Sequence record: PZ402301.1
Direction: 5' to 3' (one strand)
Length of the DNA stretch: 64,000 nt
DNA from: a phage
Numbering within the stretch: the first letter of the stretch is position 1; each line of letters opens with the position of its first letter. Under the pieces are notes generated by a model. That model saw nothing but the letters and a program-made list of their open reading frames with translations, searched no databases and was not told the origin of the DNA. Shown piece after piece: positions 9,203-18,537 of the stretch. Position numbers and translations under genes: made by a program.

Positions 9203-10885
9203 TTAAACCATTACAGTAAACCGACCAACTTTCTTCATTTGAAGATGCTGACCATATGCTTGTGGGTCATGGTCTCTATGCGAAATAACAAAAACGTTAG
9301 TATTTTTTAAACTATCTAAAATAGTTGAAATAGCTTTTACACCTTCAACATCAGTTGCTGAATCAAAAACTTCATCAAGAATTAGTGTGTTTATTTTAAC
9401 ACCTGAAACTTTTTCAGCAATATCACGCCAAGTAAATAAAAGAGCAATATCAATTCGTGCTTTTTCACCTTGACTAAATGAAGCATAACTAAAATCTTCA
9501 CGACCACGGGATTTAATTGTCTCATTAAATTCTTCATCTAATGTAAACACATAATCCGCTTCCATTATTTTAAGATAATGGTTAATCTGCTTATTAAATA
9601 ATGGAATGTACTTTTTAATAATAGCACCTTTAATACCAGAATCTTTGAGCATATCAGTCAAAATTCCTCTGTGGTATTTTTCCATTACTAAATTAGTTTT
9701 TGTCTTAACAATTTTATCAAGTTCTTCTTGAAGCAGTGCTATTTCATCAGCATGGTCAATAAACTCAGATGATGCTTTTTCTATAGCTGCTTTAACTTTT
9801 TTAGCTTTATCTACCGTCGTGATTAGAGATTGCTTTTTATTGCGAATATCATTTGCCAACGTCTGCTGGGTTTTAATATTATCTCGGTATTCATCAACAA
9901 GAACTTTTAAATTATCACGATGTGTTGAAAGCTGTTCAAACGAATGCGTGCATTCAGAAACTTTATCTTTAATTTTAGAAACAACTTTATCACCGGAACT
10001 TAATTGTGACAAACAGGTTGGACATAATCCACCTTCGTGATACATATTAATGACTTTATTATACGAGTCAATTTTTGATTTAATCAAAACTGCTTCTTGA
10101 CCGATTTTATTAAATGCATCAGTCGGGTCTTCATCCAAAACAATATTAACTAATCTTTCATTAGCTTCTTCTATTTCCGATTTTAACGTTCTAGCTTCTT
10201 TTGCCAAATCATCATACATATTCTGTAGACGAGTAAGGTTATCACCAGTTAATTTTTTCTGGCGTTCAACGTTATCATTATATATTTTAATTTGCTGGAT
10301 AATACTATCTTTTTTAACATCAAGCACTTGGTTTTGTGAATTTAATTCACGTATTAGTGCTTTATTAAGCTTATCCATTTCAGCTAATGTTCCTACCTCA
10401 AGCAGGTCTTCCACAAGCTTTCTTCGCGCAGGGGTCGACAAACCCATGAAAGGGGTATACCCTGCTGTACCAAGGACAACAATTTGCTTGAAACTGGCAT
10501 ATGACATTCCGATAAGCTGTTCAAATTCTGCTTGGAAATCTTTACTGCTGGCAGATTCATTAAGACGTGTACCGTTAACGGTGATTTCGAAAACGTTTGG
10601 TTTTTGTCCTCTTTTGATATAGTACTTTTTCTCATCATATTCCATCCACAGTTCAACTAAAAGTTCTTTCTTATTTGTGCTGTTTATTAATTGACCTTTC
10701 TTTACATCACGAAATGGCTTGCCAAAAAGCCCAAATGTGATGGCTTCTAACATAGTAGACTTACCACCGCCATTTCGTCCAGTAATAAGAGTTTTTTGAA
10801 CCTTATCTAATTGAATGTCAATAGGATTTCCACCTACTGACATTATATTTTGATACCTAACTCGGTTTAGTTTAAAATTCTTCAC
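9203..10885 (-). CDS. 46: Recombination endonuclease subunit (Rad50/SbcC-like ATPase)
   Basis: 560 aa as T4 gp46; Walker A GRNGGGKST, long coiled-coil, Walker B LILDEVFD. Confidence 0.93.
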   Translation of the reverse strand: MKNFKLNRVRYQNIMSVGGNPIDIQLDKVQKTLITGRNGGGKSTMLEAITFGLFGKPFRDVKKGQLINSTNKKELLVELWMEYDEKKYYIKRGQKPNVFEITVNGTRLNESASSKDFQAEFEQLIGMSYASFKQIVVLGTAGYTPFMGLSTPARRKLVEDLLEVGTLAEMDKLNKALIRELNSQNQVLDVKKDSIIQQIKIYNDNVERQKKLTGDNLTRLQNMYDDLAKEARTLKSEIEEANERLVNIVLDEDPTDAFNKIGQEAVLIKSKIDSYNKVINMYHEGGLCPTCLSQLSSGDKVVSKIKDKVSECTHSFEQLSTHRDNLKVLVDEYRDNIKTQQTLANDIRNKKQSLITTVDKAKKVKAAIEKASSEFIDHADEIALLQEELDKIVKTKTNLVMEKYHRGILTDMLKDSGIKGAIIKKYIPLFNKQINHYLKIMEADYVFTLDEEFNETIKSRGREDFSYASFSQGEKARIDIALLFTWRDIAEKVSGVKINTLILDEVFDSATDVEGVKAISTILDSLKNTNVFVISHRDHDPQAYGQHLQMKKVGRFTVMV

Positions 10886-11097
10886 AAAAGATTCCTTTTA
10901 ATGTATCTTTTAGACCATTCTATCATATCATCATAATCTAAAAAGTATTCATCAAATTCAGCCATGCAAACAACACCTTGTGCTGCTTTTGATGTGATAT
11001 AAATTATTCCAACATATCTAGAATCTTCTTCGGTGTATTCAATATTTGCTATGAATTCATCGTTAATGTCAAATGTCGAAAACTTCACAGTATGCAT
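10882..11097 (-). CDS. Hypothetical protein (46.1 position)
   Basis: Track ORF 10882..11145; internal ATG (MHTVKF...) chosen to limit overlap with upstream ORF. Confidence 0.4.
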   Translation of the reverse strand: MHTVKFSTFDINDEFIANIEYTEEDSRYVGIIYITSKAAQGVVCMAEFDEYFLDYDDMIEWSKRYIKRNLL

Positions 11098-11332
11098 CCT
11101 TAATACAAGATACAGCCATATCTTGTAATGATTTAGGTGTGTCATTATCTAAAATGTTGAAGTTAAAAGATACAGCCCAGTCAGTGCAGACCGTGACCTT
11201 TTTAATACAATTATCTTCAATCTCTAGCGGTTCAAACCAATATTCAATAATTTCTTTATGCCCAATATCATCTTTTACTTCGCATTCAAAATGCTGACTC
11301 ATCATAACATTTTTAAATTCATCAAAAGTCAT
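11069..11332 (-). CDS. Hypothetical protein (46.2 position)
   Basis: 87 aa ORF between genes 47 and 46. Confidence 0.45.
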   Translation of the reverse strand: MTFDEFKNVMMSQHFECEVKDDIGHKEIIEYWFEPLEIEDNCIKKVTVCTDWAVSFNFNILDNDTPKSLQDMAVSCIKDAYCEVFDI

Positions 11333-12348
11333 TGTGTTGCCTCTACATATAACTGATTTGCATATTGAATAAGTGCTTCGCGGTCAGAATCAGTGATGTC
11401 TGGAATTGCATTAATGTATTCTTCCATCAACGTCTGAAGAGATTGAACTTCAACTTCTTCACTATCATCTGACTCGACAGAGTTATCAATCTTTGACACA
11501 ACTCGTAATGAATGCACAACTTTTTCTAGTTCAGATTCGAACTTCGTTAGATTTTTGTCTACCTCAGTTACTATAACACGTACTGATAGATTTGTAAAAT
11601 CTTTATAGTCAATTTTTCCCTTAAATGGATATTGAATTCGACGATGCCAGGTGGTGTTGTTTGGAATAAATTCCATTCGTTCTGTTTCTGTATCAAACAT
11701 CCAGAACCCGCGAGGGTCATTCTCGTCACCTGCAGTTAGTGTCCATGGTGTCCCAATATATCTGACGTTAGCAGCCTCAGAGATAGTATGGAAGTGACCA
11801 GACCACACCTCTTTATAAGTCTTAAGGAAATCAGGTTCAAGACCGTGAGATTTCATTCCTTTATAAAAATAAAATCCATTCAGTTCCCAGTGACCAACGC
11901 AAAAAGAAGCAGATGAAGTTTTGATGTGTTCAAGAATTTCACCAGTATTTTCTTCGCACATCCAAGGAATTAAATCAATCAAACATCCGTCAAAATCTAC
12001 TGTAGTAGGCTTATCATATACTTTAACATTAGGATATTTAGCCAAAAGCTCAGTAGAAGCATTTGGAGTTAAAGTATTTTTAAAGTGCATATCATGGTTT
12101 CCTACAACAGTATGTAGGGTAATACCAGCATCATCAAGCATTTGAACTATTTCACGAGCGAACTCCATAGTTTTATGCGTGATTGCTTTTCGCACATCAA
12201 AAATATCGCCGTATTGAATCCATGTAGTAATTCCATTTTTCTTAGAATATTCTATTGCTTGTTTAATTCCATCCAACTGAATGGATTGAACCCACTCATC
12301 ATCGGCTTTAACACCTAAATGCCAATCACCTAAATTTAAAATTTTCAT
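11329..12348 (-). CDS. 47: Recombination endonuclease subunit (Mre11/SbcD-like phosphoesterase)
   Basis: 339 aa as T4 gp47; phosphoesterase motifs GDWHLG, GDIFD, GNHD. Confidence 0.93.
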   Translation of the reverse strand: MKILNLGDWHLGVKADDEWVQSIQLDGIKQAIEYSKKNGITTWIQYGDIFDVRKAITHKTMEFAREIVQMLDDAGITLHTVVGNHDMHFKNTLTPNASTELLAKYPNVKVYDKPTTVDFDGCLIDLIPWMCEENTGEILEHIKTSSASFCVGHWELNGFYFYKGMKSHGLEPDFLKTYKEVWSGHFHTISEAANVRYIGTPWTLTAGDENDPRGFWMFDTETERMEFIPNNTTWHRRIQYPFKGKIDYKDFTNLSVRVIVTEVDKNLTKFESELEKVVHSLRVVSKIDNSVESDDSEEVEVQSLQTLMEEYINAIPDITDSDREALIQYANQLYVEATQ

Positions 12349-12485
12349 ATATCAAGAACCGTCATTGAAATGCAAAATAAAATTATTGAAATAAATCCAT
12401 CTGGAGTGCTAAAGAACCCAATCCAACATGCTCTAGTGAATAGATAAAATGCGAGAAAAAGTATCACATATCCAAGAAATATCAT
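12345..12485 (-). CDS. Putative small hydrophobic protein (46 aa)
   Basis: My own translation MIFLGYVILFLAFYLFTRACWIGFFSTPDGFISIILFCISMTVLDI; stop overlaps gene 47 start; below ORF-track length cutoff. Confidence 0.3.
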   Translation of the reverse strand: MIFLGYVILFLAFYLFTRACWIGFFSTPDGFISIILFCISMTVLDI

Positions 12486-12508
12486 TATATCAAACTCCGT
12501 ATAAAGCT

Positions 12509-12526
12509 AAAGGGCCGAAGCCCTTT
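12509..12526 (-). terminator. GC-rich stem-loop downstream of alpha-gt
   Basis: aaagggccgaagcccttt. Confidence 0.5.
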
Positions 12527-13727
12527 ATTTTGTAATAATGTCAAACTGTTCTTTAAAGCAGAAGCTTGAATCTTGATGCTGATACAAAAATTCATAAGCT
12601 TTTTCGCGTTCACGGTCATAAAGAGCTCGGTCAGATGACAGTTCTTTAATACGCTCAAATGTTGATTCCATGTCATTTTCATCAAACCAAACGATACCGC
12701 TATCATGAGAAATTAACGGAGTATTATCAACACGGAATTTTAAATTTTCGCCAGTAGATTTCCAAAATACTGGAATTGTTCCACATGCACCAAGCTCGAG
12801 ATGAGTGTATTCTAAAGAACGTTGCAGATATTTTTTGTCCAACTTGCTCAGCTGATAACCAAATCCGGATTTACTCATGCGTTCAAGCATTTCGCTATTT
12901 ACATAACGGTCAAGAATTTGCGTCGGCAAATTAGGAGCAATTTTAATTTGGTCTACTTGATGAAGACGATAATACTCGTATGGAATTCCTTTTTCTTTAA
13001 TAGGAATGAACGCTGGAGAACGTTCCAGACCTTCCATAATAGTACTTAGTCCTGCAGGTTTAAGATGTTTTTCGTGAAAATCAAACATCTGATAAAAGCC
13101 TTTCCATGTAGTAGTACGACCAATCCAACGGTTGATATTCATGTTAATTTCAGAAACATCTTTCCAGTAGGTTGATCGAACTTTCGCAATATCCATAGGA
13201 GGCTGGAAGTTATATACGGTCGGTGCTTCTTCAATATCATCAAACAAAGAAACTGTTTCTGGATACCATTCTTTCATTAAAACTTTATTAAAATCACCAT
13301 TATCAGAATGGCTAAAAATAACATCAGCTCGACGAACAGTTTCTTCTAATCCCAAATTTCGGCGTAAAGAAAGAGAAGAATGGTCATGCTGATAAACTAC
13401 AACACGAACCGAAGGTTTAATGTTATCAATAATTTTTTTATAGTTATTAATCGTGTCTTCTTCGACTGAAGTAGCAGGAACTGAATTGATAATTAGAATA
13501 TCACAATCATTTACCAGCTTAAGGGTTTTATCGTATTCTTTTGCCAATAAAACCGGAATTGAAAATGACTTATAATCATGTGCGCAATTACGAGTAAAAG
13601 ATTTATCTTTAGCATAAACCAAAGTTACTTCATGACCATTTTTAATAAACCAATCACGCTGCTCAAGAGAAAATTTAGTTACACCACAACCTTCAAGACC
13701 TCGAGCCATAAAAATGCATACTTTCAT
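12525..13727 (-). CDS. a-gt: DNA alpha-glucosyltransferase
   Basis: 400 aa as T4 alpha-gt; ...CIFMARGLEGCGVTKFSLEQRDWFIKNGHEVTLVYAKDKSF... matches. Confidence 0.93.
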   Translation of the reverse strand: MKVCIFMARGLEGCGVTKFSLEQRDWFIKNGHEVTLVYAKDKSFTRNCAHDYKSFSIPVLLAKEYDKTLKLVNDCDILIINSVPATSVEEDTINNYKKIIDNIKPSVRVVVYQHDHSSLSLRRNLGLEETVRRADVIFSHSDNGDFNKVLMKEWYPETVSLFDDIEEAPTVYNFQPPMDIAKVRSTYWKDVSEINMNINRWIGRTTTWKGFYQMFDFHEKHLKPAGLSTIMEGLERSPAFIPIKEKGIPYEYYRLHQVDQIKIAPNLPTQILDRYVNSEMLERMSKSGFGYQLSKLDKKYLQRSLEYTHLELGACGTIPVFWKSTGENLKFRVDNTPLISHDSGIVWFDENDMESTFERIKELSSDRALYDREREKAYEFLYQHQDSSFCFKEQFDIITK

Positions 13728-13744
13728 TTAATATCCTCATTGTT

Positions 13745-13790
13745 TTGGTTTATTTTACCAAAAAAATTTATAAAGCAATATAGGAGCCGA
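13745..13790 (-). promoter_or_regulatory. Candidate middle promoter (MotA box plus -10) upstream of alpha-gt
   Basis: Reverse complement: atTGCTTTAtaaatttttttggTAAAATaaacc (MotA-box-like TGCTTTA about 13 nt before -10 TAAAAT). Confidence 0.3.
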
Positions 13791-13799
13791 GGCTCCTAT
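13780..13799 (-). terminator. Stem-loop upstream of alpha-gt
   Basis: ataggagccgaggctcctat. Confidence 0.4.
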
Positions 13800-13972
13800 C
13801 CACATAATACGCCATACAGAGGCTCATTAGAGCTTCTAAATTTTATACGCTTATATGTTATAGTTCCTTCTGCTTTAGCTTTATCGTGAGCCTCTTTAAA
13901 GCGTCTCATCATTTCTACTTTAGAGGAACGAATTTTATTATAATCTATTTCAGAAGTCTGGGTGTTCATCTT

Positions 13973-14179
13973 TCACAGTTGCCACCATTTTTTGACTTGA
14001 TAGGAATCAACCCACACTTTCATATTAGGGTCTGCTCTTACAATAGGAGGATTAACTTCTTTGATTGAACTATCATGGTATTCTTTTTCAGAAATTTTCA
14101 CGCAAAGATGACCATTCAAAGATTCAGTAAATCCTGCATTAATTTTAAGACGCTTGAATTTTACGTGTGTAAGCATCAA
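13973..14179 (-). CDS. Hypothetical protein
   Basis: 68 aa ORF between alpha-gt and gene 55. Confidence 0.35.
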   Translation of the reverse strand: MMLTHVKFKRLKINAGFTESLNGHLCVKISEKEYHDSSIKEVNPPIVRADPNMKVWVDSYQVKKWWQL

Positions 14180-14462
14180 TCATATCCTCAATCTGCGATC
14201 TAGTAGTCTTCCAAAGAATACTAATGAGTTCATCGTTATATGGCTGTTTTAGAATATCCCGACTTTTCTTGATAGCATATTCGTATTGAGCAAAATTATT
14301 GTTTTCAGCTGCAATCTGAGCGTGTTTATAAAGACGGTTCAGTTCGCGTTTATTTTTAGACAATAACTTATTTGCTTTTCTTTCTGCTTCAAGACGGTTC
14401 TTTTCTTCAATAGAAGAAATAAGCTTTTCCACTTCATCATTAATTTCGGGTTTATCAGTCAT
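14145..14462 (-). CDS. Hypothetical protein (coiled-coil, basic)
   Basis: 105 aa ORF between alpha-gt and gene 55. Confidence 0.5.
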   Translation of the reverse strand: MTDKPEINDEVEKLISSIEEKNRLEAERKANKLLSKNKRELNRLYKHAQIAAENNNFAQYEYAIKKSRDILKQPYNDELISILWKTTRSQIEDMIDAYTRKIQAS

Positions 14463-14463
14463 A

Positions 14464-14682
14464 TTATTTCTCTAATATAAAATAAAAATCATCATCTGTT
14501 AAATGATACCGATAGTTTAATTCTACACCATTAGATTTAAAAGCGGTATCATACGGATTTTCTGGATCAATATCAATGTCAAGAGCTAAAACTTCCCTGA
14601 GATACATTTTAAGTAAATAGGGAATAGCTTCAACTTCAGGTATTTCTTCCAAGAATCCGGAGAGGTTAATCGTTAGCCTCAT
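14464..14682 (-). CDS. Hypothetical acidic protein
   Basis: 72 aa ORF immediately downstream of gene 55. Confidence 0.45.
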
Positions 14683-15223
14683 ATAAAAAATCCAAACTAG
14701 GAGAATCGTCTACAACACTTTTCTTTTCAGCCCCTGGTGTTCTATAGGTTGATTCTTCGTAATGCGTCATTTTATCGTAGATGTCTTGAATAAAAGTTTC
14801 ATCTACTAACGCAACCATATCGTCGTCACGACTGTCATAGACATTGTGAACGAAGTAACTATATTTCTTTGCAACTTCCTTACGTTCTTTTTTAATACGT
14901 TGGACGAATGCATTAAAACAAGCTTGAGTTATATATGCATGTGGGTTTTTATATTTCGTTTCATCAAAATTATGAAGCCCCTTAATAGAAGCTTCTATGC
15001 CATCTGCAATCATTTCTTGTTTCCAAGACTGGGTATATCCTGAAAAGTTGAAACGTTTAGATAAGCCTTCTGCAATAAGCATAATGGCTAATCCGATAGT
15101 ATCATTCTGACGAACTACTTTATTTGGGTCTTTATTATTTGCTAATTCTGTTTTCCAATCAATAATAGCTTGTAAAAGCTCTTTATTGTTTACGTAATTA
15201 TATTTAGGCTTAGTTTCTGACAT
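14666..15223 (-). CDS. 55: Late-transcription sigma factor gp55
   Basis: Start moved to ATG 15221-15223 ([32 protein letters not shown]) giving 185 aa as T4 gp55; track start is GTG. Confidence 0.93.
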
Positions 15224-15301
15224 TTTCACCTCTTAGCTCAATTCATAGATCTATTATATCATAATATTTGAAGATCTATCTTAAAGCATAGAGGATATCA
15301 G

Positions 15302-15571
15302 TTATCTAAGTAAACAGTATGCTTGGAACACTTTCTCCATCATCTTTTTAAATTCATGAATATCTATGTAATGACTAGTTAAATCAGCATGATATAAAAA
15401 GTCTAAAAACTTTTCATGTGTGCTAACATATTCGCTTTCATTTAATTCAGAAACATGGCTTTCCCAATATCCAACACCAGTCTTATTTGGGAAAAATGAA
15501 ATTTTCATATATTGGTCAACATAGAAAATTCCATAATTTTCAATAGTAATAGAAATATTAATAAATTTCAT
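15302..15571 (-). CDS. Hypothetical protein (55.x region)
   Basis: 89 aa ORF. Confidence 0.45.
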   Translation of the reverse strand: MKFINISITIENYGIFYVDQYMKISFFPNKTGVGYWESHVSELNESEYVSTHEKFLDFLYHADLTSHYIDIHEFKKMMEKVFQAYCLLR

Positions 15572-15783
15572 GCATTCATCAACTTAGCCGCTTCAAGAGC
15601 TGCATCTAGTGAATCAAATTGGTCAACGTATTCAATCAATTCGCCATAATTAGCATATAACCACCATTGGCTAAATTCATACTCAAGGATGAATCCATTT
15701 CCTTCAATTTGAGTTAAACCACTGCCGTTTGTATTTACTTCATATCCGGCAAGACGCAAATCGTTAATAAGAGCTTCGTTCAT
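15568..15783 (-). CDS. Hypothetical protein (55.x region)
   Basis: 71 aa ORF, start/stop overlap with neighbours. Confidence 0.45.
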   Translation of the reverse strand: MNEALINDLRLAGYEVNTNGSGLTQIEGNGFILEYEFSQWWLYANYGELIEYVDQFDSLDAALEAAKLMNA

Positions 15784-15785
15784 AA

Positions 15786-16112
15786 TTATGCCTTAGTAAT
15801 TTTCAGGTCAGCAAATTTTTTCTTGCGTTGATTTTTCATACGACGAATAGTTTTATCAGAAATTTCATGCTTTTGATAAGCTTTAGATTCTACGCCAAAA
15901 GCTTTAACATCAAATTCAGACAAGATATATTGAACCAACAATTCGCGGATAGTATTTCGTCCAATTTTCTGATCATTCTGTTTCATCATCTGATGAAGCT
16001 CTTTTTCCCATTTATCCAAAATTTGAGGAGTTACAATATCGCCTTTTTCTAGCAAAGAAACTACTTTATCATATGCGTAAGAATTGATGGCGTTTTTAAT
16101 TTGAATAGTCAT
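15786..16112 (-). CDS. Hypothetical protein (55.x region)
   Basis: 108 aa ORF. Confidence 0.5.
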   Translation of the reverse strand: MTIQIKNAINSYAYDKVVSLLEKGDIVTPQILDKWEKELHQMMKQNDQKIGRNTIRELLVQYILSEFDVKAFGVESKAYQKHEISDKTIRRMKNQRKKKFADLKITKA

Positions 16113-16150
16113 ACATTATCCTCAATTACGTTAAAATTTTATTATCCAAA

Positions 16151-16166
16151 AAGGGCCGAAGCCCTT
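16151..16166 (-). terminator. GC-rich stem-loop
   Basis: aagggccgaagccctt. Confidence 0.5.
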
Positions 16167-16365
16167 AGCTAAACTGTTTGGCACCCTTCCAGCCTTCGTA
16201 CATCATTGCAGCTGATATTAATATTGCTCCTGCGCATTTTGAATATTTGTGATTCCAAAACCAGTTCAGAAAAACTTCGTCATCAATACCTTGGGCTATC
16301 ATATTTTCAAAGAACTGGCGACGAGCTTCAGCAATTCGTTGCGATAATTTAGATTCAGGATTCAT
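16165..16365 (-). CDS. Hypothetical protein (55.x region)
   Basis: 66 aa ORF preceded by hairpin 16151-16166. Confidence 0.4.
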   Translation of the reverse strand: MNPESKLSQRIAEARRQFFENMIAQGIDDEVFLNWFWNHKYSKCAGAILISAAMMYEGWKGAKQFS

Positions 16366-16497
16366 TTAAATTTTCCAGTTACCGTTTTCATCAATAAATT
16401 TAATCCAGTCATTTACTGACCACTTGGTCGTATCGCCTTTTGGAGCAATATTTAAAGTGTATAATCCTTGTTTAAAAAGCATGCGTTTGGTATTCAT
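16366..16497 (-). CDS. Hypothetical small protein
   Basis: Track ORF 16366..16581; internal ATG (MNTKRMLF...) chosen because it abuts the stop of the upstream ORF. Confidence 0.3.
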   Translation of the reverse strand: MNTKRMLFKQGLYTLNIAPKGDTTKWSVNDWIKFIDENGNWKI

Positions 16498-16504
16498 ATT
16501 TTCC

Positions 16505-16843
16505 TCAGCTGTAACGATAGCACTCGTTTGATTTACGTTTAGCAACTCGTTGAGAAGTATTATAATCAAAATCATCGTCAATGTAAACTGATTTTTTCAA
16601 CTTTCTTACTTCACTACGTAATTGACGATTTAGCTCATCTTTAACTTCTGAATCAATGCCTTTCATTCTACGCCATTTATCAGAGCGAAAAATGTTTTCA
16701 ACCATATCTTTATGACTTACACCATCAGGAGCTTTACGCTTTCCGAAATAGTCATAATCACGTACTTTTAAATCTTTACGACGATACGTTTTACCCATGG
16801 AGTTTAATTTCCTTAGCAACTGAACTAAATACAGCACGATCAC
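16505..16843 (-). CDS. Hypothetical basic protein
   Basis: 112 aa ORF. Confidence 0.5.
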   Translation of the reverse strand: MIVLYLVQLLRKLNSMGKTYRRKDLKVRDYDYFGKRKAPDGVSHKDMVENIFRSDKWRRMKGIDSEVKDELNRQLRSEVRKLKKSVYIDDDFDYNTSQRVAKRKSNECYRYS

Positions 16844-16973
16844 AAATCATCTGTTTATGTAACTTGAGTATAAGATAATAAACTTCAAAGCCGTTTACAT
16901 AAGTAACACGAACAACACTACCATTAATAAAATAATATTGTCCCTTTTTAATTTCTTTATCAACCACAACCAT
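16791..16973 (-). CDS. Hypothetical protein
   Basis: 60 aa ORF just downstream of early promoter 16995-17060. Confidence 0.4.
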   Translation of the reverse strand: MVVVDKEIKKGQYYFINGSVVRVTYVNGFEVYYLILKLHKQMICDRAVFSSVAKEIKLHG

Positions 16974-16994
16974 ATCAAATCCTCAAAGGCAATT

Positions 16995-17060
16995 CATGTG
17001 TTAATAATACCACAGTTTGAACTGGTTGTAAACAACTTTGTGAAAATTATTTGGAACGAT
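16995..17060 (-). promoter_or_regulatory. T4-type early promoter
   Basis: Reverse complement: ...ttttcacaaagttGTTTACaaccagttcaaactgtggTATTATtaac. Confidence 0.55.
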
Positions 17061-17110
17061 AAGAAGTGAATGATAGTTAGAATGGTAATATACAGAATGC
17101 GAGAAAGAAA

Positions 17111-17124
17111 GGCCCAGAGGGCCC
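17111..17124 (-). terminator. GC-rich stem-loop downstream of nrdH
   Basis: ggccc-agag-ggccc; transcript followed by UUCUUUCU. Confidence 0.5.
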
Positions 17125-17127
17125 GTC

Positions 17128-17433
17128 TTAGTCTTCTATGATATCTCTATCATATCCAAGTGAAATGAGAGTTTCTTTGAAGTGTTTAATGTTCTTTTGT
17201 CTAGAATCATTGATGAAAATGACTGGATAACGAATGTTAAGAGATGTGAATCCAGCGCGTTTAGCAAGAGATACAATCAGTGGACGATCATACTCAATCT
17301 TACCATTATTTGTAAGAACTTTATAGAAAGTAAAAGGAGCATTGAGCTCCTTTAGAAGTTTTGTAACTGATTGACATCCAGGACAACGACCTACTTCTTC
17401 GGGGATGCCATAGATTTCAATCTTATTCTTTAA
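17128..17433 (-). CDS. nrdH: Glutaredoxin-like protein NrdH
   Basis: CPGC redox motif (IEIYGIPEEVGRCPGCQSV); no in-frame ATG near the expected start, so the start (possibly non-canonical or coupled) is uncertain. Confidence 0.55.
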   Translation of the reverse strand, partial: LKNKIEIYGIPEEVGRCPGCQSVTKLLKELNAPFTFYKVLTNNGKIEYDRPLIVSLAKRAGFTSLNIRYPVIFINDSRQKNIKHFKETLISLGYDRDIIED

Positions 17434-17734
17434 GTTCGAGTTTTGTTCCACGAGAAATAATTCCTTGATAAGCCCAGTATGGCGGGTTAACAGAATCATC
17501 GCCAGAATTTTCTTCAGGAAAATAAACCTGGATAACAAATCCAGATGCATCAAAGGTAAAATAAACCGTAGGTAATTCACCTAACAATTCAGCACGGTTA
17601 TTAATTTCTTCGAGTTCTCGTTCTCGTCCAGCCCAAAAACTAGGATTTAGACTACATTCATAAAAATAATAGTCATTACCGAACATATCAAAACCCTTCC
17701 AACTCTCTACCACGTACCGCTCAAAACTAATCAT
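17423..17734 (-). CDS. Hypothetical protein
   Basis: 103 aa ORF. Confidence 0.45.
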   Translation of the reverse strand: MISFERYVVESWKGFDMFGNDYYFYECSLNPSFWAGRERELEEINNRAELLGELPTVYFTFDASGFVIQVYFPEENSGDDSVNPPYWAYQGIISRGTKLELKE

Positions 17735-17736
17735 AA

Positions 17737-17976
17737 TTAAGCCTTTTTATCAAGAACCGCATTCAGTTTGTTAGTAATTTTATCCAGACGCTCATTGAAT
17801 TCGCTAGAAGATAAGCCTTTTTCTGGAGAAATCAAACTAATCACGAAAAATATAGCAATAAAAGGAATAAGAAAAATAGCTCCAACTGCCATAAACAAAA
17901 AGAATGTTACAGTTGTAAGAAAATCAGCTAAACCTTTACGAAATTTATACATATTTACCCTTAATTGATTAACCAA
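17737..17976 (-). CDS. Hypothetical membrane protein
   Basis: 79 aa with one long hydrophobic segment. Confidence 0.45.
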   Translation of the reverse strand: MVNQLRVNMYKFRKGLADFLTTVTFFLFMAVGAIFLIPFIAIFFVISLISPEKGLSSSEFNERLDKITNKLNAVLDKKA

Positions 17977-18066
17977 GCATTGATAAGCACTAAACTATAT
18001 TGCGAATAAAATTCTGGACCAAAATGAAAAATCATATCATTTATAGTGTCCATAATATAATTCAAT

Positions 18067-18537
18067 TTAATCATGTTTCCACACCCCATCGGTATTTGAC
18101 CAAAGTCGCTGATTATCTGATCCTCGCCACAGCTTTTTGGTCGGAAGATTTTTCTCATACTTCCCATCAATAATAACATCAACATATTTAAGCATTTCTA
18201 GTTGTTTAATATCTTCAAACTTATATCCTGTCCACAACCAAATGCTTTTATTGGGATAAAGATTTTTTACTGTTTGAACAATGCAATGAACAACATCTCG
18301 GTTATCAGGATAGAGAGGGTCTCCTCCAGTTATAGTTAATCCTTCTATATAATCATTATTCAAACATTCAATTAATTGTTCTAGTGTTTCACCAGTGAAT
18401 GGAACACCATTTCTAGCATTCCATGTTGATTTATTATAACACCCTTCGCATTTATGCAAACAACCTGTAACGAAAAGAACGACCCTGCATCCAGGGCCAT
18501 TCACAAAATCGCAGGGATAAAATCTATCGTAATTCAT
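18067..18537 (-). CDS. nrdG: Anaerobic ribonucleotide reductase activating protein (radical SAM)
   Basis: 156 aa; CxxxCxxC cluster motif GCLHKCEGC; downstream of nrdD as in T4. Confidence 0.9.
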   Translation of the reverse strand: MNYDRFYPCDFVNGPGCRVVLFVTGCLHKCEGCYNKSTWNARNGVPFTGETLEQLIECLNNDYIEGLTITGGDPLYPDNRDVVHCIVQTVKNLYPNKSIWLWTGYKFEDIKQLEMLKYVDVIIDGKYEKNLPTKKLWRGSDNQRLWSNTDGVWKHD

